Origin: Eledone cirrhosa
Lineage: Eukaryota
Assembly (NCBI GenBank): GCA_964016885.1
Contig: OZ024741.1
Coordinates: forward strand, 293,136,001 to 293,200,000
Direction of reading: 5' to 3'
Length of the DNA stretch: 64,000 nucleotides
In this document: positions 1-12,776 of the stretch, in pieces
How positions within the stretch are numbered: position 1 is the first letter of the stretch
How the letters are laid out: every line of letters begins with the position of its first letter
The notes under the pieces: model-generated
Databases searched by the model: none
Seen by the model: only the letters and a program-made list of their open reading frames with translations
Told to the model about the DNA's origin: nothing
Made by a program: the position numbers and the translations under genes

Positions 1-133
1 TATTTTTGTGTTGCAAAAATGCTTGTGGTCAAAACAATTTTGATTGGTCGGTAGAGGTCATGTGAATGTAAAAAGTTGATATATATATATATATATATAT
101 ATATGCATATATATCTATATATATATATATATA

Positions 134-271
134 GAAAAAAATATGAAATCGAAAATGCAACTGGAGTCTTATTTTTTTTAAAAATCTATATATTTATTTG
201 GTTCCTTTACCGGTTTCGCAGTTCTTCTGCTTTTCAAAAGTAGAGTTGAGATGGAGGGTCTGTGGTTTTTC
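134..271 (-). mobile_element. Solo 3' end (pLTR fragment) of the PLE family at 16186-20300, containing its hammerhead motif
   Basis: Near-identical to 16190-16325 and reverse-complementary to 20165-20300; flanked by (TA)n on both sides. Confidence 0.85.
205..240 (-). ncRNA. Minimal type I hammerhead ribozyme, U3:A8 core variant
   Basis: Minus strand reads ctt-TTGAAAA-gcag aagaa ctgc-GAAA-ccgg-TA-aag: 3-bp stem I, stem II, palindromic stem III, GUA site. Confidence 0.65.
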
Positions 272-380
272 TATATATATATATATATATATACATATAT
301 CCTACCCCCCACTCTCCTGAGCGTGAATTTAATAAACATTTATCGTACTGCCTCTCTGTTCTGTCCATGTTCAATTTTTC

Positions 381-451
<71 letters not shown>

Positions 452-465
452 GTATATATATATAT

Positions 466-825
466 AACGAAGGAAATGTGGTAAGAAAGCAGGTGGACCA
501 TAACGGACCAAAGTACTCAATACTTAGGGTAGAGTGGGTAATAGGAACGAGTAGGACCCCGACGGCTGAGCTCAAGCCGTTTCGACGGCTAATTCTGGAC
601 TAAATGAACATTTTTATCCTGGTATCTGAATAGCCGAGCTTCTCAGAGAAGTTCGGCTATTCATATACCAGGATAAACATTTTCATTTCGTCCAGAATTA
701 GCCGTCGAAACGGCTTGAGCTCAGCCGACGGGGTCCTACTCGTTCCTATTACCCACTCTACTACCCTAAGTATTGAGTACTTTGGTGCGTTATGGTCCAC
801 CTGGTTCCTTACCACATTTCCTTCG

Positions 826-827
<2 letters not shown>
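466..827. repeat. Foldback palindrome (~180-bp arms, centre ~645) between (TA)n tracts, with hammerhead-like architecture
   Basis: 466-644 is the near-perfect reverse complement of 646-827; related pieces occur at 56481-56533 and 58860-58906. Confidence 0.9.
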
Positions 828-896
<69 letters not shown>

Positions 897-1487
897 TGTA
901 TGTAATGTAGAATTATTTTGTATTATGAAATCCAAAAACATTTTATTAAATAACAGAATAGAGCGATCGTTATACTGTAACCATCGCTTAAAATCTACAT
1001 TTTCATATTATAAATACTACCAGGATTGAACGCCTGTCTCTATCCCCGTTTGATTGTCAAAATAGATATGAACATTCTTTATTAGTCTTAATTCTATCAA
1101 CTCTTCTATTATTTACCTTTTAATACAAACTGCTATAGATAAAATGAGATTTCTGATTTCTTGATTCAATTCCCTAATGCATATACCAGCTGGCTACTAG
1201 CATTGATGTTATTTAGTAGCAATCGAAATCTCCCCCTTCACCAATTGACACTTTATAATTAATACTACTGCACCAAATGACCAGCCCTGTTCACTGTCCA
1301 GTTGGTCAAGTAGAGATTAAAATTGGCACTCCCAAAATTCTTATTTAGATTTACTCATGGGATTCTCATTAGAAACCCATTATATACTTGTTTAGCAGTA
1401 AATTATTTTACCATCTGTCATATACTATCCCCTCTGTTCCTTCCTCTTTTACTAATATAAATACTTCAATTTTTCTGATTTTATCCA

Positions 1488-2121
1488 GTGACCAGTGAAA
1501 GACTTGGTACATCTACATATGTATACGTGTGTGTATTCATATGCATACTAGTATTTCAGTATACATATGTGGATGTACATTTTTAACTTAATTGTTTAAG
1601 CGTCAGTCATACAAAAGTGAGTTACAAACGAAACGAAATTTAATTTCGTTTCGTTATTTGTTTTTATCGTCTCCGTTGAACCGGTACGTACTCACACTCT
1701 ATGCAAATTGGTCTGCTCACTACTAATTTTCATAGAAAAAGCATATAACGATATGTGCTTTTACGATTCTCCAGAAAGGCCGGTAGATAGGTAAATATTG
1801 CTGATGAGTTGTAACAACAACGAAACTAGTTCAATATTCCTTGTCTGGCTTTCTGGAGAATAGAGGAAAAGTGTTTCCTCAAAAACCAGTATGACTCTAA
1901 AAACCGGTTTGTCTGTGTGTTTACATACAGAATAGCTGGCCACTCACAGTAAAGTGACCAGTGAAAGACTTGGTACATCTACATATGTATACGTGTGTGT
2001 ATTCATATGCATACTAGTATTTCAGTATACATATGTGGATGTACATTTTTAACTTAATTGTTAGTTACAAACGTGAGTTACAAACGAAACGAAATTTAAT
2101 TTCGTTTCGTTATTTGTTTTT
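1488..2121 (+). mobile_element. Partial tandem unit (~467-bp period) with one hammerhead; retrozyme or non-autonomous PLE-like
   Basis: 1488-1667 is repeated at 1954-2121, the HHR lies between the copies, and the unit ends in (TA)n. Confidence 0.7.
1794..1838 (+). ncRNA. Type I hammerhead ribozyme, canonical core
   Basis: aatattg-CTGATGA-gttgt aaca acaac-GAAA-ctag-TT-caatatt: 7-bp stem I, stem II, palindromic stem III, GUU site. Confidence 0.85.
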
Positions 2122-2145
2122 ATATATATATATATATATATATGT

Positions 2146-2670
2146 ATTTATTAAAATAACAGATTAAAGTTTAAGCAAAGAATCGCTGCTTCCACCCCCA
2201 ACGGGATCTTCTGAAACTAACAAAGTCAATTTGTAAACGCAGAAGTGGATATTTCAAAAAACGTTGCAACCGGAGGAAGACAGGAAGACGATACTTTGGT
2301 TCGTGGAAACGTTCGCTATGCAAATAAGTAATGGTATAAACAAAACATACTTAGCTCCCACATCAAGACGTAAAATATCTACGTATAGATCGTACTTATT
2401 TGCTTATTTGCATAGCGAACTTTTCCACGAACCAAAGTATCGTCTTCCTGTCTTCCTCCGCTTGCAACATTTTTTGAAATATCCACTTCTGCGTTTACAG
2501 ATTGACTTTATTAGTTTCAGAAGATCCCGTTGGGGGTGAAAGCAGCGATTCTTTGCTTAAACTTTAATCTGTTATTTTAATAAATATTTGGTCTACGGTT
2601 CTTATATATTTGATATATATTTATCCTTATCGAGCCCTTTGGATTTTAGTCTTCAAATTTATTATTATTA

Positions 2671-2672
<2 letters not shown>
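2146..2672 (+). mobile_element. Foldback element (arms ~2146-2328 and ~2403-2587) with a hammerhead-like motif and 3' extension
   Basis: Arms are reverse complements; related fragments at 12608-12660, 21125-21240 and 48031-48065. Confidence 0.8.
2513..2563 (+). ncRNA. Hammerhead-like motif, CAGAAGA (U4A) core
   Basis: agttt-CAGAAGA-tcccgttgggggt-GAAA-gca...tgc-TT-aaact; a diverged minus-strand copy at 21131-21186 keeps stems I and III. Confidence 0.5.
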
Positions 2673-2719
<47 letters not shown>

Positions 2720-2927
2720 CAAGCTCTTCGTACTCCTGGAGATGAGGGTTGCACATTTTTTTTCGGGGGTATGTGTTACCCATATAAACTGTCTCCCTCT
2801 ATTGGGGAAAATCGACTAACTTTTTAAATTCCATTTGTGATAACATTTTACACGTTTTTATTGTATGTAAACTTACCCCTTTGTATTTGTCCCCTTCTTT
2901 TGTGCCCCTGTGGCTAATAAAGAAATA

Positions 2928-2930
<3 letters not shown>
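2720..2930 (+). mobile_element. Short 3'UTR-only copy of the adjacent Tx1 LINE
   Basis: Nearly identical to 5500-5710; flanked by (ATCT)n on both sides. Confidence 0.9.
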
Positions 2931-2963
<33 letters not shown>

Positions 2964-2965
<2 letters not shown>

Positions 2966-5466
2966 AAGTAGAAGAGGCAATTAGAAGTGGCAACGTAGCC
3001 AGCGTGCCAGCAACGAGAACGGCCTTGGACCAGTTCTTCGACGCAAAGCACGAGGGCTGCGTTGTCAGAAGCAAAATACTTGCTCTGGGAAACGAGGGAG
3101 CCAAAGCTGTTAGCTGGGCCCGAGTGACGGAGGCAAAAAGTGGCAACAAGTCCACGATTCGGTCTTTGAAGGACCTCAACGGACGCGTGATACGTGAGCC
3201 GAAGCAGATGTGTGCGGCTTTTCAGCGGCACTTTGCTCGGCTGTTCGGGGGGAGCGGCGCGCCGGGAGAGGCTATGGATTTCGGTCCATACCTCGACGGC
3301 CTACCGCGACTCTCGGACAGCGAGGCGGAGTTCTGCGAAAAGCCGTTTTCAGCCACTGAGATAGGGGACGCGCTGAGCCAATGCCGCAAACGCAAATCTC
3401 CAGGTCTCGACGGTCTACCCTACGAATTTTACGTAGCAATGCCGGACTTATTCTCCGGTCTCCTGGAAGCGGTCTACTGCAACTGGCAACAGAACGGGAG
3501 AATTCCCAGTTCTGTAACCGGGGGCGTGGTCACACTAATCAGGAAGGACGAGAATAAGGGGGATAACATAGGCAACTTCCGGCCCATAACTCTGCTAAAC
3601 ACAGAGTTACAGATTTTGGCCAACGTGTTGGCAAAGAGGCTGGCGCTTGTCGTCGAGAACCTGGTGGGAGAAGCGCAGACATGCGCAATCCCGACCAGGT
3701 CCATACACGACAACCTCCACCTCATGCGATACATCATAGAGAGGGTAGGGTGTAAACCCGGCTTCGGTGGGGCCCTGATCAACTTGGATCAGTCTAAGGC
3801 TTTCGATAGGGTTGACCATCGTTACCTGGATGCGGTGCTCGGGGCGGCAGGCTTCGGACCCGTGTTCAGGGGCTGGATCGCTGCAATGCACAACAGCAAC
3901 ATCTGCTCAAGGGTCAAGGTGAACGGCTTCCTCTTGGAGCCGTTCCATATTACGCGATCCATTCGACAGGGATGCCCTCTCTCCTCCCTTCTGTACGTAC
4001 TGACTCTCGAGCCACTACTGCGGAAGCTGGAGCTATTGCAGGGCATCCCTCTGGAACCGGGACTGCGGAAAGCGGCGTCGGCCTACGCCGACGACGTGAC
4101 AGTAATGGTGTCGAGCGCCTCGCAAATCGAGGAAGTCGGCACCTTACTGAAGGAATACGGAAGTCTCACAGGAGCGAAGCTGAACCGGGACAAGTCCATC
4201 GGTTTGCAACTCGGATCGTGGAGAGGCAGACCGATGCCTTCCGATGGCGTCGTCGGACGCTGGACGGAAGGACCGGTAAAGCTGCTCGGGGTCTGGTTTG
4301 GTCGGGACCTCCAGGTGGAGAAGAACTGGAACGAAGTGACGGCCAAGGTGTTTGCACTCACCCAGAAGTGGGCCGAGTGCAAACTATCCTTGAAAGGTCG
4401 AGCGGAGGTGGCGAACACTTTTATAGCGTCCGCCATCTACTACCGCTTGACCGTCGTGCCTTGTCCAACCAAAACGCTCGCCGAAATGGAGCGCGCGCTG
4501 TTCCGATTCCTTTGGAAGAGGCGGGCTCCTTTGGTGAGAAGATCCATCTGCTGCCAACACCCTTCTAACGGAGGGCTGGAGACGCCATGGTTGACGATGC
4601 GCAAACACGCGCTCAGGCTGCGGCATCTCTACGTATTCCTCACCGGACAACCGGTGTGGGCCCCGTTCGTGAGGCGAGCCTTCCCACGACTCGTCTCGCT
4701 GACCGAGCTGCAGTTCTGGGTCAAGCAAAGACCGAGGAAAATGGGCGACTGGCACATCGAATGTGCTCAGGCGCTCACAGCCCTCTGGCAGGCGGACCCG
4801 GCGATCAGTGGAGACTCCACTTCGTCATTCTATAGAGGGTTAGTCCGCAGCAAGTGCGACGACGCGCTCGGTGAAACTCTAGGCGTAGAGGAAGATGAAC
4901 TGGCCAGTGTGTTCGGTAGGACCTTCCGCCCGGGACCGATGGACAACTTCCAAAAGTCCCTGGCCTGGCAGTGCTACCGAGGAGCTCTACCAGTTCGAGA
5001 CAAGCTCTACAGACATGGGCGCCCGGGCAGGGACCCTGCAAAAAAGATCTGTCCGAGGTGCGTGCAAGACGAAGAAACCGTCGCGCACGCATTCATACAC
5101 TGCCCGGGCGTCACTGACCTGTGGGTCTATGTAGAACGACTATTGTCGCGGGTGGGACCGGTCCAGTTGACCACCGAGTCCATTGTCACGATCAAACCGC
5201 CACCCTCCTTCAAAAACGAAGGAGAGGCGGTTTTCCTTTGCGTGATAGCTATGCCGAAAGAGGTTGTATGGTGGACAAGGTTGAAAGGGCTGAGGTCAGA
5301 CACCTTTCTCTCCGGCCAACAACTGATTCTTTTTTTCAAATACCACTTTGGAAGAAGAATCAGGATGGAGAGAGAGGTGCTGTACCCCAGCAAGTTTTAT
5401 GAAAGGTGGGTGAAAGGGGCGAGAATGGCCCGAGTGAATGGGCCTTCTCTCTATATCAGCCTGTAG
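2964..5466 (+). CDS. Tx1-like ORF2: reverse transcriptase plus C-terminal CCHC knuckle; endonuclease lost by truncation
   Basis: Motifs KSPGLDGLPYEFY, NFRPITLLN, LDQSKAFDRV, IRQGCPLS, AYADD, KLSLKGR, CPRC-x8-H-x4-C. The listed start at 2881 is read-through from flanking repeat. Confidence 0.88.
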
Positions 5467-5715
5467 GTTGGGGAAAAGGAGGAGGAGAGGAAGGGAGTAC
5501 AAACTCTTCGTACTCCTGGAGATGAGGGTTGCACATTTTTTTTCGGGGGTATGTGTCACCCATATAAACTGTCTCCCTCTATTGGGGAAAATCGACTAAC
5601 TTTTAAATTCCATCTGTGATAACATTTTACACGTTTTTATTGTATGTAAACTTCCCCCTTTGTATTTGTCCCCTTCTTTTGTGCCCCTGTGGCTAATAAA
5701 GAAATATATCTATCT
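2964..5715 (+). mobile_element. 5'-truncated Tx1-clade (L1 group) non-LTR retrotransposon
   Basis: GC-rich RT ORF followed by a 3'UTR ending in AATAAA; both ends abut (ATCT)n. Confidence 0.88.
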
Positions 5716-5721
5716 ATTTAT

Positions 5722-6282
<561 letters not shown>

Positions 6283-6667
6283 GTATATAAATGGATATGT
6301 ATATATATGTATATATATATATGTATATGTATATAAATGTATATGTATATATATATGTATACATATAAATATGTGTGTGTGTGTGTGTAAATGTATATAT
6401 GTATACATACGTGGAAATTGGACGTTAAATGACGATGAATGTAGGCCTATATTATATGCATATGCCATACTTGGTTTATATTAGTCATTCTTACATGTCA
6501 AGATTGCAACCCCCTCTTGTATTTTGAATGCTAGATGGTTTAAATATGGTCACAAGACTCAAGGATATAAACATATATTAACATATCTAACGTTATTAGT
6601 GCTATGAATATTAAAGTCTATAGTATATGAATATTTAAATATCAAATTTAGATGGAATACACTACTC

Positions 6668-6711
<44 letters not shown>

Positions 6712-6896
6712 GTATATTTTTATATATGTATATGTATATTTATGTATATATATGTTTATTTTTATATATGTGTGTGTATATTTATGTATATAAATATGTA
6801 TATATATATAATTGACATATATATATATATATAACCCATGCTAGCATGGAAGAACGGGCATAAAACGGGGATGATGATGTATATTTTTATATAAAT

Positions 6897-7080
6897 GTGG
6901 TTGGTGTTATATTTTTATATAAATGTGGTTGGTGTTAGGAAGGGCATCCAACTGTAGAAAACCCGCCAGACAGTCCTATGCGAGCAAGACAACCACTCTT
7001 GCCTCAAGTGGGAAAACTCCCGTCCAAACCCATGCAAGCGTGGAATATGGACGTTAAACGAAGATGATGATGATGATGAC
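6897..7080 (+). mobile_element. RTE 3' tail fragment
   Basis: ggttggtgttaggaagggcatcca ... ggacgttaaacg(atg)n, homologous to the tails of the longer RTE copies. Confidence 0.8.
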
Positions 7081-7340
7081 GATTTATATATATATATATG
7101 TATATTTTTATATATATTTATACATATATATATATTTTTTTTTATATATATTTATACATATATATACACACATATATATACTGTATATATATATATTTAT
7201 ATATATATATATATGTATATTTTTATATATATATACATATATACATATATTTTTTATATATATATCTATGTATATTTATATATATATATATATATTTAAT
7301 ATATATATTTATATATATATGAATATTTATATATATATAT

Positions 7341-10008
7341 CATCATCATCATCATCATCACCGTTTTACGTCCGTTCTTCCACGCTAGCATGGGTTAGAC
7401 GGGTTGTCCTGTTGTGGGCAGTGTCTGGTCGGCTGACCATGCCTTGCTCATACAGGAACTGATCTGGCTTGATTTCTACAGCTGGATGCCCTTCCTAACA
7501 CCAACCTCATTTACAGTGAGTGCTGGGTGCTTTTTTGTGGCGCCTACACGTCCACTTTACAGTGTGGGCTGGGTGCTTTTTTGCCGTGGCACCTCCACGA
7601 CCACCTTGCGGTGGGGGGGGGGCATATTGTTTATATGCTTCAGCATGTACCCATGGGAGGTCGGGTACCCTGTATTACTGCGTGACGCCAGAAGTCACGG
7701 TCGTGTGTCATTGACTTTGAGAGGTGTAGTTGGGTAAGGTCGGCTTTTATCACCTCATCCCAAGTCATCTTGGGTCTCCCCACTCCGCGGTTTCCATCAA
7801 CTTCTAGTGCTCTGCACCTTTTTATGCAGCTGTCATCCTTCATACGCATCACATGTCCATACCAGCGTAACCGCCTCTCCTGCACGCAGTATTTGATTCC
7901 TCTTATGCTCAGTCTCTCTCTCAATTCATTTATGCTTTGTCGTTCACGTATATTACTGTTACACATCCATCGGAGCATGCAGGCTTCGTTTCTCTCTAAT
8001 CTACGTAAGTCTTCCACCTTCAGCGCCCAGGTCTCACTACCATGCAACATCGCTGTTCGGATACACGCATCATACAGTCTGCCTTTCATTCTGAGGGAGA
8101 AGCCTTTTGCAGCTAGCAGTGGTAGTAGTTCCCTAAACTTCTTCCATCCCGTTCTTACCCTAGTTATTGTACTTTCTGAGCACCCACCTCCGTTGCTAAT
8201 TCGGTCACCTAGGTAGCAGAAGCTGTCTACTGTTTCTACGGGGCCCTCCCAGAGATTGGTGGTACTTGTTTCCTGTGGCTGTTTGCTTGCTGTTTCAGCA
8301 CAGCTGCTGCATGTGAATCCTACATTCTTAATTAAGCTTCCTGAGATCCCGCTACATCTCTTGTGTACCCATTGTTTGCATTTGGGGCAAAGAATGGAGT
8401 TCCTACCTACACCTTTCCTACATACTGAGCAAGGCCATTTCCCTGAGGGGATCTGGGTTCTGTTTTCTCGTCTACTTATAAGGACCTTAGTCTTTGTCAT
8501 GTTGACTTTGAGGCCCTTTCTCTCTAGTCCCTGCTTCCAGGTTTGAAATTTATTCTCTAGTTCTACCATAGATTCAGCTATGAGTGCGAGGTCATCAGCA
8601 TACAGGAGTTCCCATGGGCATCCGGTCTTAAACTCCTCCGTTATTGCCTGCAGGACTATGATGAACAGGAGAGGGCTAAGAACAGAGCCCTGGTGGACCC
8701 CAACCTGTACGCTAAATTCCTCGCTATACTCATTGCCAATCCTAACTTTGCTGACTGCTCCCCTATACATGGCTTGTACCGCTTTCACAAGCCATTCATC
8801 TACTCCTAGTTTTCTAAGAGCCCACCAGATTACTGCACGTGGAACTCTGTCAAAGGCTTTCTCAAGGTCGACAAATGCCAAGTAGAGTGGCTTACTTTTA
8901 GCTAGGTACTTTTCCTGTAATTGCCTCACAAGGAAGAGCGCATCAGTGGTGCCTTTCCCTGGAACAAACCCAAATTGCATCTCGTCTATATTCACCCGGT
9001 CCCTAATCAGCTGTGCTATAACTCTTTCTGTTACTTTCATGACCTGGTCCATCAACTTTATACCTCTATAGTTTCCTCTATCTAGTGCATCGCCTTTACC
9101 TTTGTAGCAGTTGACAATGATGCTACTGCACCAATCTTTTGGTATGGCCCCCTCTAGTATTACCTGGTTAACGATACGTGTGGTTATAGTGTGACCTACA
9201 GACCCAGATGCCTTCAGCATCTCGGCAGCTATACCCGATGGACCGGTTGCCTTCCCTATCTTCATATCTCTGATTGCCTTACTTACTACGCTGCCGCTGA
9301 CTTGTACTGCTGGTCCCTCTATAGGGTCTACGTGGGGTAGGGTCTCTTCTTCCCATGCATTCTCCTCATTTAGTAATCTATCATAATGACTCTTCCATGC
9401 ATCTTTCTTCTCAGCACTTGTGAGGGCAAGCTCACCTTTATCATTCCGGATACACTTCTCTCCAATGACATCACAACTATCTCTGACACACTGCCTCGCA
9501 ATCTTGAATACCTCCTGTTTCTGGTCCTCACGTTGTAAAACATGCTTGAATTTTCTATCCTCTGCTTCCCTCCTAGCTAAGTATACTTGTCGCCTAGCTT
9601 CCCTCTTGGTCTCTATGTAATGTACCCTGCTCCCCCCGTTCTTCCATTCTTTCCATGCCTGTCTCTTGGCCTTGACTGCTTCATCTACCTTATTGTTCCA
9701 CCACCAAGTCACTCTCCTCCTGCTTGAGGTCTTACTCCAGCCACAAACCTCATCCGTCGCCTCTAGTAAGTTATTTTTTAGGAACTCCCAGTTCTCTTCT
9801 ACGTTAAATGTCTGTATCTGTTCTTCTTTACTGTCGTAGGCGTTGAGTAAAATATCTTTAAATCTGTTACTGGTTGAGGGGACTTTCAGCTTCCAAATCT
9901 TTCTTCTCCAGGTTGGCCTCTGTTTCTGGGCTCGTCTAGTTCTGACCGTGAGGTCGCTGACAACTAAGCTATGTTGGGATGTACATTCCTCACTAGGGAA
10001 GGCTTTTG
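7341..10008 (-). mobile_element. RTE-clade LINE family A, 5'-truncated, apparently young
   Basis: Open RT frame, 3'UTR with short internal tandem units, (ATG)n tail; both ends in TA-rich microsatellite. Confidence 0.93.
7640..9712 (-). CDS. RTE reverse transcriptase with inserted PHD-like finger (partial; homology probably extends to ~10008)
   Basis: [64 protein letters not shown]. Confidence 0.92.
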   Translation of the reverse strand: MTWWWNNKVDEAVKAKRQAWKEWKNGGSRVHYIETKREARRQVYLARREAEDRKFKHVLQREDQKQEVFKIARQCVRDSCDVIGEKCIRNDKGELALTSAEKKDAWKSHYDRLLNEENAWEEETLPHVDPIEGPAVQVSGSVVSKAIRDMKIGKATGPSGIAAEMLKASGSVGHTITTRIVNQVILEGAIPKDWCSSIIVNCYKGKGDALDRGNYRGIKLMDQVMKVTERVIAQLIRDRVNIDEMQFGFVPGKGTTDALFLVRQLQEKYLAKSKPLYLAFVDLEKAFDRVPRAVIWWALRKLGVDEWLVKAVQAMYRGAVSKVRIGNEYSEEFSVQVGVHQGSVLSPLLFIIVLQAITEEFKTGCPWELLYADDLALIAESMVELENKFQTWKQGLERKGLKVNMTKTKVLISRRENRTQIPSGKWPCSVCRKGVGRNSILCPKCKQWVHKRCSGISGSLIKNVGFTCSSCAETASKQPQETSTTNLWEGPVETVDSFCYLGDRISNGGGCSESTITRVRTGWKKFRELLPLLAAKGFSLRMKGRLYDACIRTAMLHGSETWALKVEDLRRLERNEACMLRWMCNSNIRERQSINELRERLSIRGIKYCVQERRLRWYGHVMRMKDDSCIKRCRALEVDGNRGVGRPKMTWDEVIKADLTQLHLSKSMTHDRDFWRHAVIQGTRPPMGTC

Positions 10009-10051
10009 TGTTTAAATATATATTTTGTGTTTAAATATATATTTATATATA

Positions 10052-10161
<110 letters not shown>

Positions 10162-10162
10162 T

Positions 10163-11997
10163 AACCAGGTAATACTAGAAGGGGTCATACCAAAAGATTG
10201 GTGCAGTAGCATCATTGTCAACTGCTACAAAGGTAAAGGCGATGCACTAGATAGAGGAAACTATAGAGGTATAAAGTTGATGGACCAGATCATGAAAGTA
10301 ACAGAAAGAGTTATAGCACAGCTGATTAGGGACCGGGTGAATATAGACGAGATGCAATTTGGGTTTGTACCAGGAAGAAGCACCACTGATGCCCTCTTCC
10401 TTGTCAGGCAGTTACAGGAAAAGTACCTAGCTAAAAGTAAGCCACTCTACTTGGCATTTGTCGACCTTGAGAAAGCCTTTGACCGAGTTCCACGTGCAGT
10501 AATCTGGTGGGCTCTTAGAAAACTAGGAGTAGATGAATGGCTTATGAAAGCGGTACAAGCCATGTATAGGGGAGCAGTCAGCAAAGTTAGGATTAGCAAT
10601 GAGTATAGCGAGGAATTTAGCGTACAGGTTGGGGTGAACCAGGGCTCTGTTCTTAGCCCCCTCCTGTTCATCATAGTCCTGCAGGCAGTAACGGAGGAGT
10701 TTAAGACCGGATGCCCATGGGAACTCCTGTATGCTGATGAGCTCGCACTCATAGCTAAATCTATGGTAGAACTAGAGAATAAATTCCAAACTTGGAAGCA
10801 GGGTCTAGAAAGAAAGGGTCTCAAAGTCAACATGACAAAGACTAAGGTCCTTGTAAGTAGACGAGAAAACAGGACCCAGATCCCCTCAGGGAAATAGCCT
10901 TGCTCAGTATGTAGGAAAGGTGTAGGTAGGAACTCCATTCTCTGCCCCAAATGCAAACAATGCGTACACAAGAGATGTAGTGGGATCTCAGGAAGATTAA
11001 TTAAGAATGTAGGCTTCACATGCAGCAGCTGTGCTGAGACAGCAAGCAGCAAACAGCCACAGGAAACAAGTACCACCAATCTCTGGGAGGGCTCTGTAGA
11101 AACAGTAGTCAGCTTCTGCTACCTAGGTGACCGAATTAGCAGCGGAGGTGGGTGTTCAGAATGTACAATAACTAGGGTAAGAACGGGATGGAAGAAGTTT
11201 AGGGAACTACTACCACTGCTAGCTGCAAAAGGTTTCTCCCTCAGAATGAAAGGCAGACTGTATGATGCGTGTATCTGAACAGCAATGTTGCATGGTAGTG
11301 AGACCTGGGTGCTGAAGGTGGAAGACCTACGTAGATTAGAGAGAAACGAAGCCTGCATGCTCCGATGGATGTGTAACAGTAATATACATGAACGAAAAAG
11401 CATAAATGAATTGAGAGACTGAGCATAAGAGGAATCAAATGCTGCATGCAGGAGAGGCGGTTGCGCTGGTATGGACATGTGATGCGTATGAAGGATGACA
11501 GCTGCATAAAAAGGTGCAGAGCACTAGAAGTTGATGGAAACCGCGGAGTGGGGAGACCGAAGATGACCTGGGATGAGGTGATAAAAGCCGACCGACCTTA
11601 CCCAATTACATCTCTCAAAGGCAATGACACATGACCGTGACTTCTGGCGTCACGCAGTAATACAGAGTACCCGACCTCCCATGGGTACAAGCTGAAGCAT
11701 ATAGACAATATGCCTCCACACCCCCCACCGCAAGGTGGTCGTGGAGGTGCCATGGCAAAAAAGCACCCAGCCCACACTGTAAAGTGGACGTGTAGGCGCC
11801 ACGAAAAAGCACCCAGCACTCACTGTAAATGAGGTTGGTGTTAGGAAGGGCATCCAGCTGTAGAAATCAAGCCAAATCAGTTCCCGTATGAGCAAGGCAT
11901 GGTCAGCCGACCAGTCACTGCCCACAACAGGACAACCCGTCTAACCCATGCTAGCGTGGAAGAACGGACGTAAAATGGTGATGATGATGATGATGAT
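10163..11997 (+). mobile_element. RTE family A copy, 5'-truncated and decayed (stops, frameshifts)
   Basis: Inverted near-copy of 7341-9170; TAG at 10895; YADD changed to YADE. Confidence 0.93.
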
Positions 11998-12541
11998 ATA
12001 TATATACATAAAATGATGATGATACATGGATACCACTACATAGTAAATATCACTATTATAATGGACTTTAAAGTGTTAAATAAATTAGACAAGACACCAA
12101 TCTCCTTTAGAAATACAGTAACATATCCAACACTGTTAGTATTATGAAAGCTACAGGCTTATACATTAGGCAAGACAAGCCTGTCTATATAGGTACATCA
12201 ACATATTGAACATTATTATTTTCACAGCGAAGATCAATAATTTGTAAATGTGATAGTTCATTCTCTTACCAAAACTGATGAGGCCCACTAGTATTTAGAT
12301 ACATAAACTCTAAGACATCCACGCAGTCAAATGTAACATTTATGTCATGATATTTTTTACTGAAATGCGTAATGATAGTTATAAAAATTCAATTAAAATT
12401 CAACATACTATCTTTACAAAAATATTACAATATTATTCACAAAATATTGAAAAGTTAATGTTTCCTGCATGAATTAAATAAGAAACTGAAGAAGGAATAG
12501 CAAAATGATGAAATACATTTACTGCGCTCATGCATATATAC

Positions 12542-12608
<67 letters not shown>

Positions 12609-12740
12609 GTAATAATAAATGTGAAGACTAAAATCTGAAGAAGGCTTGTTAAGGATTTTAGATAATTAAAATTTAAACAGATATGTATATAATGTAAAAT
12701 GAAATTGAAAAGCCCATATATATATATATATATATATAAT

Positions 12741-12776
<36 letters not shown>

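Noticed and set aside
3972-4568. Alternate-frame and antisense ORFs within Tx1, RTE and PLE sequences
   Set aside because: Shadow ORFs of GC-richer coding sequence with no independent motifs.
12130-12380. Possible decayed PLE end (LYIRQDKP) followed by CTGATGA and a distant GAAATGCGTA
   Set aside because: No convincing stem I or II; too degenerate to call.
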